Part shown: in pieces, positions 54,161 through 64,000 of the stretch
How positions within the stretch are numbered: position 1 is the first letter of the stretch
Layout of the letters: every line of letters starts with the position of its first letter
From: Eledone cirrhosa
Taxonomy: Eukaryota
DNA: 64,000 nucleotides
NCBI GenBank assembly: GCA_964016885.1
Contig: OZ024741.1
Location: 258,602,001-258,666,000 of the forward strand
Direction of reading: 5' to 3'
The notes under the pieces: generated by a model
What the model was told of the DNA's origin: nothing
Database searches by the model: none
What the model saw: the letters and a program-made list of their open reading frames with translations, nothing else
Made by a program: the position numbers and the translations under genes

Positions 54161-57100
54161 AGTGCCAGTGTTGTTGTAGTTGTTGCTGTTTTCTCTGTCA
54201 GTGCCAGTGTTGTTGTAGTTGTTGCTGTTTTCTGTGTCAGTGCCAGTGTTGTTGTTGTTGCTGTTTTCTCTGTCAGTGCCAGTGTTGTTGTAGTTGTTGC
54301 TGTTTTCTCTGTCAGTGCCAGTTTTGTTGTAGTTGTTGCTGTTTTCTGTGTCAGTGCCAGTGTTGTTGTAGTTGTTGCTGTTTTCTCTGTCAGTGCCAGT
54401 GTTGTTGTTGTTGTTGCTGTTTTCTCTGTCAGTGTTGTTGTTGTTGCTATTTTCACTGTCAGTGCCAGTGTTGTTGTTGTTGCTGTTTTCTGTGTCAGTG
54501 CCAGTGTTGTAGTTGTTGTTGCTGTTTTCTGTGTCAGTGCCAGTGTTGTTGTTGTTACTGTTGCTGTTTTCTGTGTCAGTGCCAGTCTTGTTGTTGTTAC
54601 TGTTGCTGTTTTCTGTGCCAGTGTCAGTGTTATTGTTGCTGTTTTCTGTGTCAGTCCCACTGTTGTTGTTGCTGTTGTTGCTGTTTTCTGTGTCAGTGCC
54701 AGTGTTGTTGTTGCTGTCGTTGCTGTTTTCTGTGTCAGTGCCAGTGTTGTTGTTGCTGTTTTCCGTGCCAGTGTTGTTGTAGCTGTTGCTGTTTTCCGTG
54801 TCAGTGACAGTGTTGTTGTAGTTGTTGCTGTTTTCTCTGTCAGTGCCAGTGTTGTTGTAGTTGTTGCTGTTTTCTCTGTCAGTGCCAGTGTTGTAGTTGT
54901 TGCTGTTTTCTGTGTCAGTGCCAGTGTTGTTGTTGTTGCTGTTTTCTCTGTCAGTGCCAGTGTTGTTGTAGTTGTTGCTGTTTTCTCTGTCAGTGCCAGT
55001 GTTGTTGTAATTGTTGCTGTTTTCTGTGTCAGTGCCAGTGTTGTTGCTGTTGTTGCTGTTTTCTGTGTCAGTGTCAGTGTTGTTGTTGTTGCTGTTTTCT
55101 GTGTCAGTGCCAGTGTTGTTGTTGCTATTTTCACTGTCAGTGCCAGTGTTGTTGTAGTTGTTGCTGTTTTCTGTGTCAGTGCCAGTGTTGTTGTTGCTGT
55201 TTTCTCTGTCAGTGCCAGTGTTGTTGTAGCTGTTGCTGTTTTCTGTGTCAGTGCCAGTGTTGTTGTAGTTGTTGCTGTTTACTGTGTCAGTGCCAGTGTT
55301 GTTGTAGTTGTTGCTGTTTTCTCTGTCAGTGCCAGTGTTGTTGTAGTTGTTGCTGTTTTCTCTGTCAGTGCCAGTGTTGTTGTAGTTGTTGCTGTTTTCT
55401 GTGTCAGTGCCAGTGTTATTGTTGCTGTTGTTGCTGTTTCTCAGTCAGTGCCAGTGTTGTTGTAGTTGTTGCTGTTTTCTGTGTCAGTGCCAGTGTTGTT
55501 GTAGTTGTTGCTGTTTTCTCTGTCAGTGCCAGTGTTGTTGTTGTTGTTGCTGTTTTCTCTGTCAGTGTTGTTGTTGTTGCTATTTTCACTGTCAGTGCCA
55601 GTGTTGTTGTTGTTGCTGTTTTCTGTGTCAGTGCCAGTGTTGTAGTTGTTGTTGCTGTTTTCTGTGTCAGTGCCAGTGTTGTTGTTGTTACTGTTGCTGT
55701 TTTCTGTGTCAGTGCCAGTCTTGTTGTTGTTACTGTTGCTGTTTTCTGTGCCAGTGCCAGTGTTATTGTTGCTGTTTTCTGTGTCAGTGCCACTGTTGTT
55801 GCTGCTGTTGTTGCTGTTTTCTGTGTCAGTGCCAGTGTTGTTGTTGCTGTTGTTGCTGTTTTCTGTGTCAGTGCCAGTGTTGTTGTTGCTGTTTTCCGTG
55901 CCAGTGTTGTTGTAGCTGTTGCTGTTTTCTGTGTCAGTGACAGTGTTGTTGTAGTTGTTGTTGTTTTCTCTGTCAGTGCCAGTCTTGTTGTAGTTGTTGC
56001 TGTTTTCTGTGTCAGTGCCAGTGTTGTTGTTGTTGCTGTTTTCTCTGTCAGTGCCAGTGTTGTTGTAGTTGTTGCTGTTTTCTGTGTCAGTGCCAGTGTT
56101 GTTGTTGTTGCTGTTTACTGTGTCAGTGCCAGTGTTGTTGTTGCTATTTTCACTGTCAGTGCCAGTGTTGTTGCTGTTGCTGTTTTCTCTGTCAGTGCCA
56201 GTGATGTTGTAGTTGTTGCTGTTTTCTGTGTTAGTGCCAGTGTTGTTGTAGTTGTTGCTGTTTTCTGTGTCAGTGTCAGTGTTGTTGCTGTTGCTGTTTT
56301 CTCTGTCAGTGCCAGTGTTGTTGTAGTTGTTGCTGCTTTATCTGTCAGTGCCAGTGTTGTTGTAGTTGTTTCTGTTTTCTGTGTCAGTGCCAGTGTTGTT
56401 GTTGTTGCTGTTTTCTCTGTCAGTGCCAGTGTTGTTGTAGTTGTTGCTGTTTTCTGTGTCAGTGCCACTGTTGTTGTTGCTGTTTTCTGTGTCTGTACCA
56501 GTGTTGTTGTTGTTGCTGTTTTCTCTGTCAGTGCCAGTGTTGTTGTTGCTGTTTTCTCTGTCAGTGCCAGTGTTGTTGTAGTTGCTGTTTTCTGTGTCAG
56601 TGACAGTGTTGTTGTAGTTGTTGCTGTTTTCTCTGTCAGTGCCAGTGTTGTTGTAGTTGTTGCTGTTTTCTCTGTCAGTGCCAGTGTTGTTGTAATTGTT
56701 GCTGTTTTCTGTGTCAGTGCCAGTGTTTTTGTTGTTGCTCTTTTCTCTGTCAGTGCCAGTGTTGTTGTAGTTGTTGCTGTTTTCTCTGTCAGTGCCAGTG
56801 TTGTTGTAATTGTTGCTGTTTTCTGTGTCAGTGCCAGTGTTGTTGCTGTTGTTGCTGTTTTCTGTGTCAGTGTCAGTGTTGTTGTTGTTGCTGTTTTCTG
56901 TGTCAGTGCCAGTGTTGTTGTTGCTATTTTCACTGTCAGTGCCAGTGTTGTAGTTGTTGCTGTTTTCTGTGTCAGTGCCAGTGTTGTTGTTGCTGTTTTC
57001 TCTGTCAGTGCCAGTGTTGTTGTAGCTGTTGCTGTTTTCTGTGTCAGTGCCAGTGTTGTTGTAGTTGTTGCTGTTTACTGTGTCAGTGCCAGTGTTGTTG

Positions 57101-59949
57101 TAGTTGTTGCTGTTTTCTCTGTCAGTGCCAGTGTTGTTGTAGTTGTTGCTGTTTTCTCTGTCAGTGCCAGTGTTGTTGTAGTTGTTGCTGTTTTCTGTGT
57201 CAGTGCCAGTGTTATTGTTGCTGTTGTTGCTGTTTCTCTGTCAGTGTTGTTGTAGTTGTTGCTGTTTTCTGTGTCAGTGCCAGTGTTGTTGTAGTTGTTG
57301 CTGTTTTCTCTGTCAGTGCCAGTGTTGTTGTAGTTGTTGCTGTTTTCTGTGTCAGTGCCAGTGTTGTTGTTGTTGCTGTTTTCTCTGTCAGTGCCAGTGT
57401 TGTTGTAGTTGTTGCTGTTTTCTCTGTCAGTGCCAGTTTTGTTGTAGTTGTTGCTGTTTTCTGTGTCAGTGCCAGTGTTGTTGTAGTTGTTGCTGTTTTC
57501 TCTGTCAGTGCCAGTGTTGTTGTTGTTGTTGCTGTTTTCTCTGTCAGTGTTGTTGTTGTTGCTATTTTCACTGTCAGTGCCAGTGTTGTTGTTGTTGCTG
57601 TTTTCTGTGTCAGTGCCAGTGTTGTAGTTGTTGTTGCTGTTTTCTGTGTCAGTGCCAGTGTTGTTGTTGTTACTGTTGCTGTTTTCTGTGTCAGTGCCAG
57701 TCTTGTTGTTGTTACTGTTGCTGTTTTCTGTGCCAGTGTCAGTGTTATTGTTGCTGTTTTCTGTGTCAGTGCCACTGTTGTTGTTGCTGTTGTTGCTGTT
57801 TTCTGTGTCAGTGCCAGTGTTGTTGTTGCTGTCGTTGCTGTTTTCTGTGTCAGTGCCAGTGTTGTTGTTGCTGTTTTCCGTGCCAGTGTTTTTGTAGCTG
57901 TTGCTGTTTTCTGTGTCAGTGACAGTGTTGTTGTAGTTGTTGCTGTTTTCTCTGTCAGTGCCAGTGTTGTTGTAGTTGTTGCTGTTTTCTCTGTCAGTGC
58001 CAGTGTTGTAGTTGTTGCTGTTTTCTGTGTCAGTGCCAGTGTTGTTGTTGTTGCTGTTTTCTCTGTCAGTGCCAGTGTTGTTGTAGTTGTTGCTGTTTTC
58101 TCTGTCAGTGCCAGTGTTGTTGCTGTTGTTGCTGTTTTCTGTGTCAGTGTCAGTGTTGTTGTTGTTGCTGTTTTCTGTGTCAGTGCCAGTGTTGTTGCTA
58201 TTTTCACTGTCAGTGCCAGTGTTGTTGTAGTTGTTGCTGTTTTCTGTGTCAGTGCCAGTGTTGTTGTTGCTGTTTTCTCTGTCAGTGCCAGTGTTGTTGT
58301 AGCTGTTGCTGTTTTCTGTGTCAGTGCCAGTGTTGTTGTAGTTGTTGCTGTTTACTGTGTCAGTGCCAGTGTTGTTGTAGTTGTTGCTGTTTTCTGTGTC
58401 AGTGCCACTGTTGTTGTTGCTGTTTTCTGTGTCTGTGCCAGTGTTGTTGTTGTTGCTGTTTTCTCTGTCAGTGCCAGTGTTGTTGTTGCTGTTTTCTCTG
58501 TCAGTGCCAGTGTTGTTGTTGTTGCTCTTTTCTGTGTCAGTGACAGTGTTGTTGTAGTTGTTGCTGTTTTCTCTGTCAGTGCCAGTGTTGTTGTAGTTGT
58601 TGCTGTTTTCTCTGTCAGTGCCAGTGTTGTAGTTGTTGCTGTTTTCTGTGTCAGTGCCAGTGTTGTTGTTGTTGCTGTTTTCTCTGTCAGTGCCAGTGTT
58701 GTTGTAGTTGTTGCTGTTTTCTCTGTCAGTGCCAGTGTTGTTGCTGTTTTCTGTGTCAGTGTCAGTGTTGTTGTTGTTGCTGTTTTCTGTGTCAGTGCCA
58801 GTGTTGTTGTTGCTATTTTCACTGTCAGTGCCAGTGTTGTTGTAGTTGTTGCTGTTTTCTGTGTCAGTGCCAGTGTTGTTGTTGCTGTTTTCTCTGTCAG
58901 TGCCAGTGTTGTTGTAGCTGTTGCTGTTTTCTGTGTCAGTGCCAGTGTTGTTGTAGTTGTTGCTGTTTACTGTGTCAGTGCCAGTGTTGTTGTAGTTGTT
59001 GCTGTTTTCTCTGTCAGTGCCAGTGTTGTTGTAGTTGTTGCTGTTTTCTCTGTCAGTGCCAGTGTTGTTGTAGTTGTTGCTGTTTTCTGTGTCAGTGCCA
59101 GTGTTATTGTTGCTGTTGTTGCTGTTTCTCTGTCAGTGCCAGTGTTGTTGTAGTTGTTGCTGTTTTCTCTGTCAGTAACAGTGTTGTTGTAGTTGTTGCT
59201 GTTTTCTCTGTCAGTGCCAGTGTTGTAGTTGTTGCTGTTTTCTGTGTCAGTGCCAGTGTTGTAGTTGTTGCTGTTTTCTCTGTCAGTGCCAGTGTTGTAG
59301 TTGTTGCTGTTTTCTGTGTCAGTGCCAGTCTTGTTGGTGTTACTGTTGCTGTTTTCTGTGCCAGTTCCAGTGTTATTGTTGCTGTTTTCTGTGTCAGTGC
59401 CAGTGTTGTTGTTGTAGTTGTTGCTGTTTTCTGTGTCAGTGCCAGTGTTGTTGTTGCTGTTTTCCGTGCCAGTGTTGTTGTAGTTGTTGCTGTTTTCTGT
59501 GTCAGTGCCAGTGTTGTTGTTGTTACTGTTGCTGTTTTCTGTGTCAGTTCCAGTGTTGTTGTTGTTGTTGCTGTTGCTGTTTTCTGTGCCAGTGCCAGTG
59601 TTATTGTTGTAGTTGTTGCTGTTTCTCTGTCAGTGCCAGTGTTGTTGTAGTTGTTGCTGTTTTCTCTGTCAGTGCCAGTGTTGTTGTAGTTGTTGCTGTT
59701 TTCTCTGTCAGTGCCAGTGTTGTGGTTGTTGCTGCTTTCTCTGTCAGTGCCAGTGTTGTAGTTGTTGCTGTTTTCTCTGTCAGTGCCAGTGTTGTTGTAG
59801 TTGTTGCTGTTTTCTGTGTCAGTGCCAGTGTTGTTGTTGTTGCTGTTTTCTCTGTCAGTGCCAGTGTTGTTGCTGTTGCTATTTTCACTGTCAGTGCCAG
59901 TGTTGTTGTTGTTGCTGTTTTCTGTGTCAGTGCCAGTGTTGTTGTTGTT

Positions 59950-61000
59950 GCTGTTTTCTGTGTCAGTGCCAGTGTTGTTGTTGTTACTGTTGCTGTTTTC
60001 TGTGTCAGTTCCAGTGTTGCTGTTTCTGTTTTCTGTGCCAGTGCCAGTGTTATTGTTGCTGTTGTTGCTGTTTTCTGTGTCAGTGCCACGGTTGTTGTTG
60101 CTGTTGTTGCTGTTTTCTGTGTCAGTGCCAGTGTTGTTGTTGCTGTTGTTGCTGTTTTCTGTGTCAGTGCCAGTGTTGTTGTTGCTGATGTTGCTGTTTT
60201 CCGTGCCAGTGTTGTTGTAGTCGTTGCTGTTTTCTGTGTCAGTGCCAGTGTTGTTGTAGTTGTTGCTGTTTTCTGTGTCAGTGCCAGTGTTGGTGTAGTT
60301 GTTGCTGTTTTCTCTGTCAGTGCCAGTGTTGTTGTAGTTGTTGCTGTTTTCTCTGTCAGTGCCAGTGTTGTTGTAGTTGTTGCTGTTTTCTGTGTCAGTG
60401 CCAGTGTTGTTGCTGTTGCTGTTTTCTCTGTCAGTGCCAGTGTTGTTGTAGTTGTTGCTGTTTTCTCTGTCAGTGCCAGTGTTGTTGTTGTTGCTGTTTT
60501 CTGTGTCAGTGCCAGTGTTGTTGTTGTTACTGTTGCTGTTTTCTGTGTCAGTTCCAGTGTTGCTGTTTCTGTTTTCTGTGCCAGTGCCAGTGTTATTGTT
60601 GCTGTTGTTGCTGTTTTCTGTGTCAGTGCCACGGTTGTTGTTGCTGTTGTTGCTGTTTTCTGTGTCAGTGCCAGTGTTGTTGTTGCTGTTGTTGCTGTTT
60701 TCTGTGTCAGTGCCAGTGTTGTTGTTGCTGTTGTTGCTGTTTTCCGTGCCAGTGTTGTTGTAGTTGTTGCTGTTTTCTGTGTCAGTGCCAGTGTTGTTGT
60801 AGTTGTTGCTGTTTTCTCTGTCAGTGCCAGTGTTGTTGTAGTTGTTGCTGTTTTCTCTGTCAGTGCCAGTGTTGTTGTAGTTGTTGCTGTTTTCTGTGTC
60901 AGTGCCAGTGTTGTTGCTGTTGCTGTTTTCTCTGTCAGTGCCAGTGTTGTTGTAGTTGTTGCTGTTTTCTCTGTCAGTGCCAGTGTTGTTGTTGTTGCTG
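59950..61000. repeat. 543-bp tandem duplication
   Basis: GTTCCAGTGTTGCTGTTTCTGTTTTCTGTGCC occurs at ~60008 and ~60551 and is followed by the same unit series. Confidence 0.8.
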
Positions 61001-64000
61001 TTTTCTGTGTCAGTGCCAGTGTTGTTGTTGTTGCTATTTTCACTGTCAGTGCCAGTGTTGTTGCTGTTGCTGTTTTCTCTGTCAGTGCCAGTGATGTTGT
61101 AGTTGTTAATGTTTTCTGTGTTAGTGCCAGTGTTGTTGTAGTTGTTGCTGTTTTCTGTCTCAGTGCCAGTGTTGTTGTTGTTGTTGCTGTTTTCTCTGTC
61201 AGTGCCAGTGTTGTTGTAGATGTTGCTGCTTTCTCTGTCAGTGCCAGTGTTGTTGTAGTTGTTGCTGTTTTCTGTGTCAGTGCCAGTGTTGTTGTTGTTG
61301 CTGTTTTCTCTGTCAGTGCCAGTGTTGTTGTAGTTGTTGCTGTTTTCTGTGTCAGTGCCACTGTTGTTGTTGCTGTTTTCTGTGTCTGTGCCAGTGTTGT
61401 TGTTGTTGCTGTTTTCTCTGTCAGTGCCAGTGTTGTTGTTGCTGTTTTCTCTGTCAGTGCCAGTGTTGTTGTTGTTGCTGTTTTCTGTGTCAGTGACAGT
61501 GTTGTTGTAGTTGTTGCTGTTTTCTCTGTCAGTGCCAGTGTTGTTGTAGTTGTTGCTGTTTTCTCTGTCAGTGCCAGTGTTGTTGCTGTTGTTGCTGTTT
61601 TCTGTGTCAGTGTCAGTGTTGTTGTTGTTGCTGTTTTCTGTGTCAGTGCCAGTGTTGTTGTTGCTATTTTCACTGTCAGTGCCAGTGTTGTTGTAGTTGT
61701 TGCTGTTTTCTGTGTCAGTGCCAGTGTTGTTGTTGCTGTTTTCTCTGTCAGTGCCAGTGTTGTTGTAGCTGTTGCTGTTTTCTGTGTCAGTGCCAGTGTT
61801 GTTGTAGTTGTTGCTGTTTACTGTGTCAGTGCCAGTGTTGTTGTAGTTGTTGCTGTTTTCTCTGTCAGTGCCAGTGTTGTTGTAGTTGTTGCTGTTTTCT
61901 CTGTCAGTGCCAGTGTTGTTGTAGTTGTCGCTGTTTTCTGTGTCAGTGCCAGTGTTGTTGTTGTTGCTGTTTTCTCTGTCAGTGCCAGTGTTGTTGTAGT
62001 TGTTGCTGTTTTCTCTGTCAGTGCCAGTGTTGTTGTAGTTGTTGCTGTTTTCTGTGTCAGTGCCAGTGTTGTTGTAGTTGTTGCTGTTTTCTCTGTCAGT
62101 GCCAGTGTTGTTGTAGTTGTTGCTGTTTTCTCTGTCAGTGCCAGTGTTGTTGTAGTTGTTGCTGTTTTCTCTGTCAGTGCCAGTGTTGTTGTAGTTGTTG
62201 CTGTTTTCTCTGTCAGTGCCAGTGTTGTTGTAGTTGTTGCTGTTTTCTGTGTCAGTGCCAGTGTTGTTGTTGTTGCTATTTTCACTGTCAGTGCCAGTGT
62301 TGTTGCTGTTGCTGTTTTCTCTGTCATTGCCAGTGATGTTGTAGTTGTTAATGTTTTCTGTGTTAGTGCCAGTGTTGTTGTAGTTGTTGCTGTTTTCTGT
62401 GTCAGTGCCAGTGTTGTTGCTGTTGTTGCTGTTTTCTCTGTCAGTGCCAGTGTTGTTGTAGTTGTTGCTGCTTTCTCTGTCAGTGCCAGTGTTGTTGTAG
62501 TTGTTGCTGTTTTCTGTGTCAGTGCCAGTGTTGTTGTTGTTGCTGTTTTCTCCGTCAGTGCCAGTGTTGTTGTAGTTGTTGCTGTTTTCTGTGTCAGTGC
62601 CACTGTTGTTGTTGCTGTTTTCTGTGTCAGTGCCAGTGTTGTTGTTGTTGCTGTTTTCTCTGTCAGTGCCAGTGTTGTTGTTGCTGTTTTCTCTCTCAGT
62701 GCCAGTGTTGTTGTTGTTGCTGTTTTCTGTGTCAGTGCCATTGTTATTGCTGTTGTTGCTGTTTTCTGTGTCAGTGCCAGTGTTGTTGTTGCTGTTGTTG
62801 CTGTTTTCTGTGTCAGTGCCAGTGTTGTTGCTGTTGCTGTTTTCTCTGTCAGTGCCAGTGTTGTTGTAGTTGTTGCTGTTTTCTCTGTCAGTGCCAGTGT
62901 TGTAGTTGTTGCTGTTTTCTGTGTCAGTGCCAGTGTTGTTGTTGTTGCTGTTTTCTCTGTCAGTGCCAGTGTTGTTGTAGTTGTTGCTGTTTTCTCTGTC
63001 AGTGCCAGTGTTGTTGTAGTTGTTGCTGTTTTCTGTGTCAGTGCCAGTGTTGTTGTTGTTGCTGTTTTCTCTGTCAGTGCCAGTGTTGTTGTTGTTGCTG
63101 TTTTCTCTGTCAGTGCCAGTGTTGTTGTTGTTGCTGTTTTCTGTGTCAGTGCCAGTGTTGTTGTTGTTGCTGTTTTCTGTGTCAGTGCCAGTGTTGTTGT
63201 TGTTGCTGTTTTCTGTGTCAGTGCCAGTGTTGTTTTAGTTGTTGCTGTTTTCTGTGTCAGTGCCAGTGTTGTTGTAGTTGTTGCTGTTTTCTCTGTCAGT
63301 GCCAGTGTTGTTGTAGTTGTTGCTGTTTTCTGTGTCAGTGCCAGTGTTGTTGTAGTTGTTGCTGTTTTCTCTGTGAGTGCCAGTGTTGTTGTAGTTGTTG
63401 CTGTTTTCTCTGTCAGTGCCAGTGTTGTTGTAGTTGTTGCTGTTTTCTGTGTCAGTGCCAGTGTTGTTGTTGCTGTTTTCTCTGTCAGTGCCAGTGTTGT
63501 TGTAGTTGTTGCTGTTTTCTGTGTCAGTGCCAGTGTTGTTGTAGTTGTTGCTGTTTTCTCTGTCAGTGCCAGTGTTGTTGTAGTTGTTGCTGTTTTCTGT
63601 GTCAGTGCCAGTGTTGTTGTTGTTGCTGTTTTCTCTGTCAGTTCCAGTGTTGTTGTAGTTGTTGCTGTTTTCTCTGTCAGTGCCAGTTTTGTTGTAGTTG
63701 TTCTGTTTTCTGTGTCAGTGCCAGTGTTGTTGTAGTTGTTGCTGTTTTCTCTGTCAGTGCCAGTGTTGTTGTTGTTGTTGCTGTTTTCTCTGTCAGTGTT
63801 GTTGTTGTTGCTATTTTCACTGTCAGTGCCAGTGTTGTTGTTGTTGCTGTTTTCTGTGTCAGTGCCAGTGTTGTAGTTGTTGTTGCTGTTTTCTGTGTCA
63901 GTGCCAGTGTTGTTGTTGTTACTGTTGCTGTTTTCTGTGTCAGTGCCAGTCTTGTTGTTGTTACTGTTGCTGTTTTCTGTGCCAGTGCCAGTGTTATTGT

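Larger units (their letters stand above)
1..64000. repeat. Large tandem minisatellite/satellite array, 30-45 bp units (mainly 36 and 39 bp), consensus CAGTGTTGTTGTAGTTGTTGCTGTTTTCT[C/G]TGTCAGTGC
   Basis: The core GCTGTTTTCT[C/G]TGTCAGTGCCAGT followed by a short (GTT)n tract recurs without interruption from the first base to the last. Orientation is constant, and I saw no unique insert. Confidence 0.99.

Noticed and set aside
658-63238. Dozens of short poly-Leu ORFs (MLLFSVSVPVLLLL...) resembling signal peptides or membrane peptides
   Set aside because: Most begin at a TTG just after the TAG within GTAG and run until the next GTA-containing unit, so they are artefacts of the repeat.
5491-63703. 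Programmed frameshifting, or net frame restoration because the 15 deletions sum to a multiple of 3
   Set aside because: The intervening segments hit stops within one unit (HWH* or poly-Q then stop). There is no consistent slippery-site-plus-structure signal, and the sum depends on the window limits.
1-64000. CRISPR array (a conserved ~24-bp core with variable intervening sequence)
   Set aside because: The intervening parts are short (GTT)n tracts, not unique spacers. There is no leader, palindromic repeat or cas gene.
1-64000. Canonical telomerase-type telomeric repeat or G-quadruplex array
   Set aside because: The unit is long and heterogeneous, has no GGG runs, and shows kb-scale duplication of variants, which fits recombination rather than templated addition.

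Overview
The whole 64 kb window is one head-to-tail tandem array, all in one orientation and open at both edges. I see no unique flanking sequence, normal gene, RNA gene, transposon or CRISPR. The consensus unit on the + strand is CAGT(GTT)2GTA(GTT)2GCTGTTTTCT[C/G]TGTCAGTGC (39 bp). Variants run 30-45 bp in 3-bp steps, and there are roughly 1,700 copies (estimated from mean unit length). The + strand is strongly T/G-biased. Diagnostic unit variants reveal nested higher-order duplications (about 0.5, 1.0, 1.3, 1.5, 2.6, 3.3, 6 and 7.4 kb) and position-restricted variant domains. Four of the six frames of the unit are stop-free, so the giant ORFs are expected by-products. The two best coding candidates are on the minus strand: Thr-rich (LALT[E/Q]KTATTTTT)n, and Asn-rich (GTD[T/R]ENSNNYNNT)n, which the ORF track misses. 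Fifteen -1 frameshifts and recurrent stop codons, many copied along with the duplications, argue against one intact giant gene. The best reading is a minisatellite/satellite, probably eukaryotic, and possibly derived from or overlapping a mucin-like repeat exon. The sequence alone does not support a new multi-gene system. All counts and offsets were made by eye.
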